A stretch of DNA of 64,000 nt, taken from positions 140,766 through 204,765 of the forward strand of contig JBAQTB010000003.1 in assembly GCA_049296775.1 (NCBI GenBank). The letters run 5' to 3'. Below the pieces are notes generated by a model. It ran no database searches and was not told the origin of the DNA. It saw only the letters and a list, made by a program, of their open reading frames with translations. The DNA is from Patescibacteria group bacterium. GTDB lineage: Bacteria; Patescibacteriota; Patescibacteriia; UBA9934. Below are positions 45,563-54,572 of this stretch, piece by piece. A program made the position numbers and the translations under genes. Position 1 is the stretch's first letter; the number at the start of each line of letters is the position of its first letter.

Positions 45563-47299
45563 ATGATCTGTGAGGTGTATCCGATTTTGAAACTACCGCG
45601 CAAATGCACGGTTTTTGATTATGCGGTGCCCGACAATCTAAAGGTGAGTGTCGGTGATTTAATCCGCACCCCGTTCAAGGGTCGGGAGAGTTGGGGCATA
45701 GTTCGAGCGCTTAAGCCAACAAGCGAGGTCAAAAAACTCATGGAGTTAGTCAACGTGGTGACACCGAGTTACTTCACCCTTGCCGACCTCGAAAGATACG
45801 AGACCATTGCCAGATGCCTGGCGCAATCAGTTAGTAGTCTCTTGCATGCGGCTTGGCCAGATAAATATTCTACTCTCCTGCCGGCTACAGTGACGGCCAC
45901 CAGCAACGCGCAAATTACTTCTGCTGACCTAGTTGCTCTAGACAAATGTCTAGTCGCCATCGACCAGAGTCAAACGGCCTGCCTGAGTGGTGGTCGTGAC
46001 ATTGGCCTAGCTTTGGCGAGCGTGCTCAGACGCAAATACTCGGGGCAACTCTTAATTCTGTTACCCACCGAACGTGAAGCTGAATTATTAGCCCGACACG
46101 TCAAATTAGGCCCCAGCGTGGCGCTCCTACACGGTAAAACTAAACCACTAATGCGTGGACAAATTTTTAACGCTTGGAAAACCGGACAAATCAAAACTTT
46201 AATCGGTACTAGGCTGGCTGCCCTGATGCCGGCACATGATCTAAAGGTCGCCCTAGTGCTTGAAGCCGGTAGTCAGGAATATCTGAACGAGCGCCGTAAC
46301 CCTAGATTTGATGCCCGAGAAGCGGTGAAGCTCCTAGCTCACCAGCACCAGGCTAAATTAGTTTTTTTCGATCCCCTACCCAGATTGGAAGATTTGCAAA
46401 ATCATCAGCTGAGCACAACGCTAACTGAAAGGTCGCCGGAAATGATTATTAACCAAGCCTCAGCGGATGAATTAAGTCCTGAACCTATGCTGTCTGACAG
46501 CGTCTTATTTGGGATAGAAAAGGCTTTACAAAGCCAAAAAAAGGTGCTACTCTGCCTAAATCGTAAAGGCGTCGCTAAGCGGCTCCAATGCGGCAAATGT
46601 GGACACATTCCCACCTGCGGAACTTGTGGCCACGTCCCCATGGTACGCCATGACGATCTGGTGTGTCCCAACTGCCAAACAGAAATGTGGATCCCAGAAC
46701 GCTGTCCCAGCTGTTCACAACCCAAACTCGCCTTACGCGGTTTAGGCGGAACCAAGGTCGCAGAAAATTTACAGCGACTCTTCCCCACCGCCACAGTCGG
46801 ACAGATTGAAAAAGGTAAAATCGAAAAACCCCAGGCAGACATACTCCTAGTCACCGAGTACTATTTCACCAGTTACTTACCCGTGTTTGCGCCTAAAGAC
46901 TTTGGGCTAGTGGCTGACCTAGCAGCAGATATCGGTTTGCATGCTAGCGACTTCCGCGGCTCAGAAGAAACCGCCAGAAGATTACACCGCCTGATCTACC
47001 TAGCCACTCAACAAGGCGCCGACATCCTGGTACAAACATGGTTGCCTGAGATCCTTCAGCCCATGCTCGATCTGCCACAATTCGTAGCCGCGGAATTAAC
47101 CACCAGACAAACCTACCAATTACCTCCGGCTGTCTCTAGATACATCCTGCTAAAAACTAAACTGGAAGACCTGCCCGTTGAACTCCAGAGCCTCGCCGTA
47201 GAACGCGATGACAATCTCGAACTACCTGGCAGCGTACAAGCAGACTTAAAAAGTTTACCTGACCATCTCAAGATCAAATACGAAGGCGCCTATGTCTAA
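45563..47299 (+). CDS. priA: Primosomal protein N' (PriA)-like, with degenerate helicase Walker A/B motifs
   Basis: Cys-rich region 'CGKCGHIPTCGTCGHVPMVRHDDLVCPNCQ...ERCPSC' and 'LRGLGGTKVAENLQRLFP' match PriA; at the expected Walker A ('GVTGSGKT') the sequence is 'LSGGRDIG', at DEEH it is 'LEAGSQEY'. Confidence 0.65.
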   Translation: MICEVYPILKLPRKCTVFDYAVPDNLKVSVGDLIRTPFKGRESWGIVRALKPTSEVKKLMELVNVVTPSYFTLADLERYETIARCLAQSVSSLLHAAWPDKYSTLLPATVTATSNAQITSADLVALDKCLVAIDQSQTACLSGGRDIGLALASVLRRKYSGQLLILLPTEREAELLARHVKLGPSVALLHGKTKPLMRGQIFNAWKTGQIKTLIGTRLAALMPAHDLKVALVLEAGSQEYLNERRNPRFDAREAVKLLAHQHQAKLVFFDPLPRLEDLQNHQLSTTLTERSPEMIINQASADELSPEPMLSDSVLFGIEKALQSQKKVLLCLNRKGVAKRLQCGKCGHIPTCGTCGHVPMVRHDDLVCPNCQTEMWIPERCPSCSQPKLALRGLGGTKVAENLQRLFPTATVGQIEKGKIEKPQADILLVTEYYFTSYLPVFAPKDFGLVADLAADIGLHASDFRGSEETARRLHRLIYLATQQGADILVQTWLPEILQPMLDLPQFVAAELTTRQTYQLPPAVSRYILLKTKLEDLPVELQSLAVERDDNLELPGSVQADLKSLPDHLKIKYEGAYV

Positions 47300-47774
47300 A
47301 GCTATGAAGGTACTCCACAATCCAGACAAACAACTTCGCGTCATGTCTGAGCCCGTTAAGGCTGAGCGTTTTGCATCGGCTGAGTTATTGGCATTGATCG
47401 AGGATCTCAAAGTCACCATGAAGAAAGAAAAAGGCATTGGCATTGCAGCGCCCCAGGTAGGTGTGCATGACCGCGTCATCATTGTCGATTTACTGGGCAA
47501 ACCGACGGCTTTTATCAACCCAGAAATTACCCAGAAATCTTTTAAGTTAATCAACAGTGAAGAAGGGTGTTTATCTGTTCCTGGCGAATGGGGAACGGTT
47601 AAACGCCACAGAAGCGTCACAGTGAAAGCCATTGACGCCAACGGTCATGAAGTCAGTCTCAAAGCTAACGGTTTACAAGCGATCATCTTCCAGCACGAAA
47701 TTGACCACTTAGATGGCGTGCTTTTTATAGACAGAGCTGAGTCCATGCACGATTCAGAAAGTTCACGTATCTAA
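47292..47774 (+). CDS. def: Peptide deformylase
   Basis: 'GIGIAAPQVGV', 'EGCLSVPG', 'HEIDHLDG'. Confidence 0.9.
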   Translation: MSKAMKVLHNPDKQLRVMSEPVKAERFASAELLALIEDLKVTMKKEKGIGIAAPQVGVHDRVIIVDLLGKPTAFINPEITQKSFKLINSEEGCLSVPGEWGTVKRHRSVTVKAIDANGHEVSLKANGLQAIIFQHEIDHLDGVLFIDRAESMHDSESSRI

Positions 47775-47775
47775 C

Positions 47776-48672
47776 ATGAAAGTTGTCTTTTTTGGGACCC
47801 CGCCTTTAGCTGCAGCCTTTTTGCAAGGTCTAATTGACGACCCTACCTTTGAGATTGTCGGTATGATCACACAACCGGACGAACCTGTCGGTCGTAAAAA
47901 AATCCTTACCGCTCCGCCGGTTAAAGAGCTGGCGTTACAGCACAATTTACCTGTCTTTCAACCTACCAAACTTAAGCCGGAGGATTTTCAGTCTACCATT
48001 CAGCAACTCGGCGCTGAGATTGGCGTAGTGGTGGCGTACGGCCGGATTTTGCCTGACAGTCTCATGGCGATCTTTCCGCACGGCTGCGTCAACGTGCACC
48101 CTTCCCTCCTACCCAAGTATCGTGGGCCGTCACCCATTAGCGCCGCCATTGCTAATCAAGACACAGAAACCGCTGTCACAATTATGCAACTAGTCACCGC
48201 CATGGATGCCGGTCCGCTTCTGGCTCAAACCAAGATTGCTCTCGACAGCCAAGAAACGCCTGAGACCTTAACGGCTAAGGTCATTACGCTAGGCGTACCA
48301 CTTCTTTTGAGTACTCTGAAAGCGTTCGTCGCTGGCGAAATCACGCCACAAACTCAGGCTGAATCACAAGTTACTTTTTGCAAATTACTTAGCCGAGAAG
48401 ACGGCAAACTTGATTGGCAGCAACCAGCCGCCAAGCTTGAAGCACTGATTAGAGCTTACAATCCCTGGCCCGGAACAGTCTTTAACGACTTGAAGATTTT
48501 TTCAGCGACCATCACGGACAGCGTCTTAGCGCCAGGTGAATTGAAAGTTGAAAATAATGAAGTTTTACTCGGCACAGGCACCACGGCGCTCAAGCTGGTG
48601 GAAGTACAACCAGCTGGTGGCAAACGTATGTCTGCCAGTGATTTTGCTAGGGGGTATCGGGCTAACGATTGA
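47776..48672 (+). CDS. fmt: Methionyl-tRNA formyltransferase
   Basis: 'KVVFFGTP', 'VNVHPSLLPKYRG', C-terminal Fmt domain; 298 aa. Confidence 0.9.
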   Translation: MKVVFFGTPPLAAAFLQGLIDDPTFEIVGMITQPDEPVGRKKILTAPPVKELALQHNLPVFQPTKLKPEDFQSTIQQLGAEIGVVVAYGRILPDSLMAIFPHGCVNVHPSLLPKYRGPSPISAAIANQDTETAVTIMQLVTAMDAGPLLAQTKIALDSQETPETLTAKVITLGVPLLLSTLKAFVAGEITPQTQAESQVTFCKLLSREDGKLDWQQPAAKLEALIRAYNPWPGTVFNDLKIFSATITDSVLAPGELKVENNEVLLGTGTTALKLVEVQPAGGKRMSASDFARGYRAND

Positions 48673-48697
48673 CAAAACCGTGTCAATTTGTTAGTTT
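48669..48697 (+). promoter_or_regulatory. Palindrome TTGACA-aaaccg-TGTCAA with downstream T-run; either a weak fmt terminator or an operator/-35 element for the next gene
   Basis: 6-bp inverted repeat followed by tttgttagttt. Confidence 0.3.
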
Positions 48698-48738
48698 AAG
48701 CCTTTGTTAAATTACTTCCCCTGTCAAATGTTTTTGAC

Positions 48739-49260
48739 GTGGGAAATGCTTCAACAAGGAGAGTGAGAGTGGAATATAACCTTTTGTTGCTCACGCTGAT
48801 GGCATGTGCAGCACTCGTTACGACTTGCGTGGCACTGGCCGCGCTCAGTCTAACCGTCTACATACTGGTGAGCAGGCAGAAAGTGCCAGAGCCGATGATT
48901 CGGCCCACCACCCCGCCACCGCCCCTCGACCTGAAACCCGGCACCAAGTTACTGAATCCGAATTCCGGCTCCGTCTACGGCATTCCAACGCCGGTAACAG
49001 ACGAGATGCGCAGGTACATCGCGGCTGACACGTTGCCACCTACCCTACCCAAGGAAGAGGAGGACAACTGCGTAACCGAAACAGGTGAACCGCCCAGGCC
49101 ACTGGAGAAATTGACTCTGAATAAGCCGGTGAAGCAATTCAGCTTAACAGGCCGTCAGGTCACGACCCGGTCATATTCGCAGCAAAAACGGCCCGCGCCC
49201 GAGCCTACGGATGATGTTCGCAACCGGGAACCCACTCCGCCGCCAGCCACACGTCACTGA
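48739..49260 (+). CDS. Proline-rich membrane-anchored hypothetical protein
   Basis: N-terminal TM 'LLLLTLMACAALVTTCVALAALSLTVYILV' then a Pro/Thr/Glu-rich tail; own terminator downstream; GC-richer than the flanks by eye. Confidence 0.45.
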   Translation: MGNASTRRVRVEYNLLLLTLMACAALVTTCVALAALSLTVYILVSRQKVPEPMIRPTTPPPPLDLKPGTKLLNPNSGSVYGIPTPVTDEMRRYIAADTLPPTLPKEEEDNCVTETGEPPRPLEKLTLNKPVKQFSLTGRQVTTRSYSQQKRPAPEPTDDVRNREPTPPPATRH

Positions 49261-49276
49261 ACGTTACTCTGGCCCT

Positions 49277-49310
49277 TAGCCCTACCACACTGGTAGGGCT
49301 TTTACTTTTT
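49277..49310 (+). terminator. Rho-independent terminator
   Basis: tagccctacc-acact-ggtagggct followed by tttacttttt. Confidence 0.6.
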
Positions 49311-49352
49311 CACACAACAAAAGACCCTCCACAAGTTAAACTCGGGAGGGTC
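49311..49352 (-). terminator. Rho-independent terminator for the minus-strand gene
   Basis: gaccctcc-acaagttaaactc-gggagggtc; the minus-strand read is followed by ttttgttgtgtg. Confidence 0.5.
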
Positions 49353-49377
49353 ACGGTATCTAAGGGAACGAGAGTTG

Positions 49378-50178
49378 CTACTTCCGAGAGGAGGAGACCC
49401 CGATATTGCTGTATTGAGTGTGGTCGCGCCAGTAGTAGAGGTCGAGGCCGTGCCCGTCGAAGACTCCGACGCCCACGCGGTAGCCGCTCAAGTCCACACT
49501 CGACGTGCGGACGTAGACCGCCGCGAGCAGGTACACCCCACAGACCGCCTTGTAGGTGGTCATGCCCCAGACCTGCTCGGCGACGTTGGGCGTCACCTCG
49601 AGACTGGAAAGGAGCTGTTGCTGCTCATCCCAGGTCTTTTCTATGGAGTCAGGCACGTGTTCCTTTCGCAGCATGAGCCAACGACAGGTCGCCTTGTCGT
49701 TGCGGGCGAAGGCCTCGCTCTCGGCTGCGTACCAGCCATTCTCCTTCGAGTAGAAGTGGCCACGGTCGAGCTCGCGGACGTCAAGGAGCGACATTGGACG
49801 TGGTGGGCCAGGCAGGAGCATGAAGCAGTTGTCGCGGCACCATTCGAGTACCTCCTTTGACGGTACGCTGTTACTGAGTTCCTGCCACTGCGAGAGGCTA
49901 TACACGAGCCCGGGGCGGTTGGCCTCGATCTCGCCCGGCGAGATGAAGTCGTTGCCGAGGATCTCACGTGCGACCGTGTATGCCGGCATCTCTTCCGAGA
50001 AACGAGCGATAGCTGGAGTCAGAGCGTCGCCGAGGATATGGGCGATAGCCTCATAGTTCTTGATGAACGAGAGTAGCTGATCGTCATCCAGAACCATGAC
50101 GTCAATGATTTCCCGCATCTTGACAACGAAGTCATCAAGGCTCTTTGCTCTCAATTCTGGCGTAATCTTACTGGTCAC
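49378..50178 (-). CDS. Hypothetical protein, GC-rich, no recognised domain
   Basis: 266-aa ORF with protein-like composition; the overlapping plus-strand ORF 49375..49860 looks like a GC-rich shadow frame. Confidence 0.45.
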   Translation of the reverse strand: MTSKITPELRAKSLDDFVVKMREIIDVMVLDDDQLLSFIKNYEAIAHILGDALTPAIARFSEEMPAYTVAREILGNDFISPGEIEANRPGLVYSLSQWQELSNSVPSKEVLEWCRDNCFMLLPGPPRPMSLLDVRELDRGHFYSKENGWYAAESEAFARNDKATCRWLMLRKEHVPDSIEKTWDEQQQLLSSLEVTPNVAEQVWGMTTYKAVCGVYLLAAVYVRTSSVDLSGYRVGVGVFDGHGLDLYYWRDHTQYSNIGVSSSRK

Positions 50179-50306
50179 GGTTCACCCCTGCTCGTGATAG
50201 TCTCCGAAGCACTCGGAGCATGTGTCAGATCCTACTAAGTACAAGATCGACGTTGATTTATAGCCGTGAAACGTGTTTTTGTCAATAACTCCAGCTTATT
50301 TAAGAG

Positions 50307-51905
50307 TTACCCCGTCTGCTTGTAGGCGACGCTGGTTTTAGCTTTGGCCAGGGAAAATGGCGCGGCATGAACAGTTTTGTGTGCTGTTGCAGTCGACGAG
50401 GGGCTTTGTGCCCATGGCAAGAATGGCAAAGTGAAGATGAGATAGCCAAGACCGATCGGGTGATTGAGATACGGTGAGAAAATATGCGCCACATAGAGCA
50501 TTAACGTACCCGCCGTCAAACCGATCATGAGCCAAGCTTGTTCATCCCGATTACGCACGGCTTCTAAAGTGACGGTCAAAGTCGTAACTAAAAACCACAA
50601 ATAACCCATGAGTCCCAGAATCCCCATCTTTAACCACACATCATGGTAGCCCCACTCAAATCTATACGCTGTCACTGCGCCAGTTGGGTCCACGGCGCGT
50701 AATCTAGGGTCGTCAGAAATAAACGTGACCGTTTCTCCAAAGCCTGAACCCAAGAGTGGATGCTGCTTAATCTCCAACACCATGGGCCCAAGTAAATTCC
50801 ACCGGCTAGATACAGCTACTTCTCGGCTACTGTCATCTGGACCGCGATAAAAAGAGGAGTCAGACAAATCAGGTCTAGGCGGCAACGGTATAGCTACCAA
50901 CAGCCAGAGTGCGACCACGGAAATCACGAGCACGACAGCGAACTGCACATGCCGCTTAACAATCATTACGACCTTGAAACGAGTCAATGCTAAATAGCCC
51001 AGGATCAATAAGAACGCCGCAATCCCACCTAACCAAAAACTTCTAGACAAACTCGCGATGATAGTCGCCACACCCAAAACGTGTAAGGCCCACAACCATT
51101 TGGGCAATTTTTCCTGAGCCTCACGCCACAACGCTAAACTTCCGGCCACTAACACCAACTCGAAAATGAGAGCAATAGCTTGCGATTGTTGGAACACTCT
51201 AAAATACCAAGGCTGTTGTCCAAGTAAACTAATGCCCCGGCCACTAGTCTGCAGGGTCACCTCCGCCAACCTAGCGTCACGCACAAAGGTATACAGTTCG
51301 TGAGACAGCAGTCCTGGCAAGTGAGTAAAGCCATACAAATACAGAAGCGTCGTCAAACTGATCCACACTGCAGCCACGGCCAAAGTCTGCAATAAGAGAC
51401 GCTTACGCTCCACCGTCCAGGTCACTGAAATCATCGGCAGTACATAAGCTAACAGCAAATAGCTATTCATGTCGTCAAAGGCCGCTTGAACATCGTTAGT
51501 CGCAAAACCAATCACGGTGCCGAGTAAGATTGCCGATGCAATAATCGCCAATGGCCAATCCCGATGCGCGATAAACTGAGGCTTCAACTTAACGAACGTG
51601 ACTTGCGCCGCCCAAGCCAGCATCACCGCGCCAAAAATAACCTGACGAACAGAAACTGAAAATCCAGCGACATCAACATCAAACAAATGCCCGTGACCAC
51701 CAATGAAAATCTCTAGAAAAGCTACGGCTAGACCTAAATCCAAACGCTTGTAACTTAGAGCTAAGGTGCCAAGTCCAATCAAACCAAGCGGAATCCAAAC
51801 CCAAACCGTATGCTGGACTACGGCTGCCAAAACATGGGTCAACAAAAGTGCCAATAGAACGTAGGCCGTGGTGCGTGAAAAAAATTGCTGGAGAAAATTA
51901 GACAT
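50307..51905 (-). CDS. O-antigen ligase/polymerase family (Wzy_C-type) polytopic membrane protein
   Basis: About 12 TM segments with a periplasmic loop; head of a glycosylation cluster. Confidence 0.65.
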   Translation of the reverse strand: MSNFLQQFFSRTTAYVLLALLLTHVLAAVVQHTVWVWIPLGLIGLGTLALSYKRLDLGLAVAFLEIFIGGHGHLFDVDVAGFSVSVRQVIFGAVMLAWAAQVTFVKLKPQFIAHRDWPLAIIASAILLGTVIGFATNDVQAAFDDMNSYLLLAYVLPMISVTWTVERKRLLLQTLAVAAVWISLTTLLYLYGFTHLPGLLSHELYTFVRDARLAEVTLQTSGRGISLLGQQPWYFRVFQQSQAIALIFELVLVAGSLALWREAQEKLPKWLWALHVLGVATIIASLSRSFWLGGIAAFLLILGYLALTRFKVVMIVKRHVQFAVVLVISVVALWLLVAIPLPPRPDLSDSSFYRGPDDSSREVAVSSRWNLLGPMVLEIKQHPLLGSGFGETVTFISDDPRLRAVDPTGAVTAYRFEWGYHDVWLKMGILGLMGYLWFLVTTLTVTLEAVRNRDEQAWLMIGLTAGTLMLYVAHIFSPYLNHPIGLGYLIFTLPFLPWAQSPSSTATAHKTVHAAPFSLAKAKTSVAYKQTG

Positions 51906-51908
51906 ACT

Positions 51909-52763
51909 TTAACCACGTTTAATCACGGCTGATCCGTAGGCTAAGACAATAAACCACGGCGTCAATAACCATAAAATCGCCCACGGCAGCAAGCCGTGAT
52001 GCTTACGCATATATTTACGCAAACTCTGCCTAATCCAACGCTGCTTCTTTAAGGTCGCTAATTTATTAAAGCTATGGCCTTTGTGATGCAAAATTTCAAC
52101 ATCTGCATAATGCCGGATCTTGAGCCCGGCTGAACTGGCCATTTTACAATAATCGACCTCTTCAAACCAGATAAAATAGCGCTCATCAAACAAGCCGATC
52201 TTCTCCAGAGTAGCTCTAGGAATAAACATGAAGGCACCCATGATCGAGTCGACGTCTTGAGTCTGGTTAGGATCGGCATCCCGCATCATGTAGTGATCGA
52301 CAATCTTAGTGCGTTTCAACAAGTGCGGAATTTTCAGCAAAATCACTAATTGGTTCAAGAGCGTCGGGAATCTGCGAATACTTTCCTGAAGATCACCGTT
52401 AGGATAACGAATAATCGAACTAGCGATCCCAACCTCCGGGCTGGCGTCCAAATGAGCCACCATGGTCTTTAAAACTTCCGGCTTAAATTCAGTATCGGGG
52501 TTTAGCAAGAGAATGTGACTGCCCTTAGCCACGCGCATGCCGCAATTAACAGCATAGGCAAAGCCCATGTTTTTAGGGTTGGGAACATAATGAGCTGACG
52601 CCACAGTCTGCTTGAGCAAAGCTTCCGTATCTGACCGCCTAGCGTTATCCACCACGATCAACTCAAAACTCAAACCAGTAGAGGCGCTAAGACTCTCAAA
52701 ACAACGTTTGAGAACTTCAGGATCTTCTTTATAAGTTACTACAACTACGGATAAGTCGAGCAT
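51909..52763 (-). CDS. Family 2 glycosyltransferase
   Basis: 'LSVVVVTYKEDPEVLKRCFESL...ELIVVDNA' GT-A N-terminus, 'LLNPDTEF' DxD-like region. Confidence 0.75.
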   Translation of the reverse strand: MLDLSVVVVTYKEDPEVLKRCFESLSASTGLSFELIVVDNARRSDTEALLKQTVASAHYVPNPKNMGFAYAVNCGMRVAKGSHILLLNPDTEFKPEVLKTMVAHLDASPEVGIASSIIRYPNGDLQESIRRFPTLLNQLVILLKIPHLLKRTKIVDHYMMRDADPNQTQDVDSIMGAFMFIPRATLEKIGLFDERYFIWFEEVDYCKMASSAGLKIRHYADVEILHHKGHSFNKLATLKKQRWIRQSLRKYMRKHHGLLPWAILWLLTPWFIVLAYGSAVIKRG

Positions 52764-52773
52764 AGATTCACGA

Positions 52774-53484
52774 TTAACTGAGTTGGTGTTTGCGCTTAAT
52801 AGCTTGACGGGCTTGCTCGTACTTACGCACTCCCGCTGGCATCCAACCTAGCTTATGCCAAGGTAATTGATATACAAAGGCCGGCAACCAAGATGAACCA
52901 ATCCGTGAGGCCCCATCAATACCCACCTTAAACAAGGTCTCAGGCACTAACACTCCAACCTTACCCTGAGACAGCATAGTTAGCCAAACATCCCAATCTT
53001 GGAGTCTTTTAATCGCCTCATCAAAACCTGGGAAATCACTGGTCCTCACCAAAGAACTCGTATGCACAAAATTCAGGCGGCGGAGAACAGCAGGATCAAA
53101 ATCTAGCCCCTTAAAGTGCTTCCAGCCAAACCAAAAGCCGCTGTAAGCGTAACTAGCGCTTGGATTAGCCTGGAGTGCGTTAAACATGCTCTCTAGCATG
53201 GTGGGGACCATAATTACGTCCGCATCGCAAAAGATTACGTACTCGCCAGTCGCAGCTGCCAAGCCTTTGTTTCTAGCTGGGTTAGCACCGGCGTTAGCCT
53301 GGTGAATGGTTGAAAGCTTATCGCCATATGCAGCGATAACCTCGGCTGTGTTGTCGGTCGAACCATCATCTACCACGATCACCTCGAGCGGTGCATACGT
53401 CTGAGCAAACACCGACTCCAAACAGGCCCGCAATGAAGTGGCGTGTTGGTACGTGGGAATAATCACGGAGATGAGTGGTCTCAT
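52774..53484 (-). CDS. Family 2 glycosyltransferase
   Basis: 'ISVIIPTYQHATSLRACLESVFAQTY..LEVIVVDDGSTD' GT-A signature. Confidence 0.75.
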   Translation of the reverse strand: MRPLISVIIPTYQHATSLRACLESVFAQTYAPLEVIVVDDGSTDNTAEVIAAYGDKLSTIHQANAGANPARNKGLAAATGEYVIFCDADVIMVPTMLESMFNALQANPSASYAYSGFWFGWKHFKGLDFDPAVLRRLNFVHTSSLVRTSDFPGFDEAIKRLQDWDVWLTMLSQGKVGVLVPETLFKVGIDGASRIGSSWLPAFVYQLPWHKLGWMPAGVRKYEQARQAIKRKHQLS

Positions 53485-54572
53485 AGTAATTCGCGGAGTT
53501 TGTACATTTGCTGATCACGACTAAACTCTCGCTCAGCCCAAACCCGAGCCCGATGCTTAAATTTGCTTCTGACAGCTGCATCTAACAAGCGCCTGATAGC
53601 TGTCTCTAACTCCGCCGGTGTATCACCAATTAACAGCCCCCCTTCCCCATCTTTAACCGCCTCATCTACCCCAGGCTGCTTAGTAGCAATGACCGGTAAT
53701 CCAAACAGCTGAGCCTCTAAGTACACAATCCCAAAACCTTCTCTGTCAGTCTCGGTTTTGCTAGTTGGCATGACAAAAATATCTGCGGCCCGATAAATAT
53801 CCGGTAACTCGTCATCGGTCACGTTGGTGTTGAGAACCACTCGATCCTGCAGGTTCAAAGTCTCAATTTCAGCTTCAATCTGCTCACGCATGGGGCCATC
53901 ACCCACGATCTGATAAGTAGCTGCCGGAAAAGCAGCTAACGCTCGTAAAACTTTCAGGTGTCCCTTGCGCTCAACTAACCTACCAACGGTCAACAAGCGT
54001 AACGTCGTCTGACTTTTCGAAGGATCAGACACAAACATCGGTGTACTTGCACGTGCCACTCCTAGAGCTAACTCTCCGAGTTTTTGTAAATTCACCTTGC
54101 CAGTAGTGGCCTTATGTTTACTCGCAGCAATAAACTTATCTTCAAGGGTCGGGTAAATCACCAAAGGTTCACGTTTAAGCTCTACAAAGTCTCTGACCTC
54201 AGTAGCCAAGGCTTGAGAATTAGTCACAACACGGCTCGCAGACACTAAAACGCGACGCGTTAAGGCTTGCTTCCAAGGATTACGTCTAGCCAGGTCGAAA
54301 TCCAAGCCGTGCAAAAAGATCACGTACGGCTTACCAGTTAACTTGTTTAAAATCCAGACGGCTGTACCTACGGGCAAAACGTGATGCGTCCAAATGGCTT
54401 CGTAATCCTTAGCTTTAAATAACAAAGTCAGCACTAAATTATCGAGCTTAAGGCGCTTCAACGGTAAAAGCGTCACCTGTTCAGGATAAGTTTGCAGAAT
54501 AGCCTGAATATATCTAGCTACCCCACCCCGTGCTGGCGGGTAGTCTGAACTAGGTAAGAGAACTTTCGGCAT
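53481..54572 (-). CDS. Family 4 (GT-B) glycosyltransferase
   Basis: 'GRLVERKGH', 'FVMPTSKTETDREGFGIVYLEAQLFGLPVIAT' EX7E-type motif. Confidence 0.75.
   Translation of the reverse strand: MPKVLLPSSDYPPARGGVARYIQAILQTYPEQVTLLPLKRLKLDNLVLTLLFKAKDYEAIWTHHVLPVGTAVWILNKLTGKPYVIFLHGLDFDLARRNPWKQALTRRVLVSASRVVTNSQALATEVRDFVELKREPLVIYPTLEDKFIAASKHKATTGKVNLQKLGELALGVARASTPMFVSDPSKSQTTLRLLTVGRLVERKGHLKVLRALAAFPAATYQIVGDGPMREQIEAEIETLNLQDRVVLNTNVTDDELPDIYRAADIFVMPTSKTETDREGFGIVYLEAQLFGLPVIATKQPGVDEAVKDGEGGLLIGDTPAELETAIRRLLDAAVRSKFKHRARVWAEREFSRDQQMYKLRELL

Noticed and set aside
48669-48697. Calling TTGACAaaaccgTGTCAA a promoter outright
   Set aside because: The same palindrome followed by a T-run could equally be a weak terminator for fmt. 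Kept as an ambiguous regulatory palindrome.
49375-49860. Plus-strand 161-aa ORF
   Set aside because: GC-rich shadow frame overlapping the more protein-like minus-strand ORF 49378..50178, which has its own downstream terminator.
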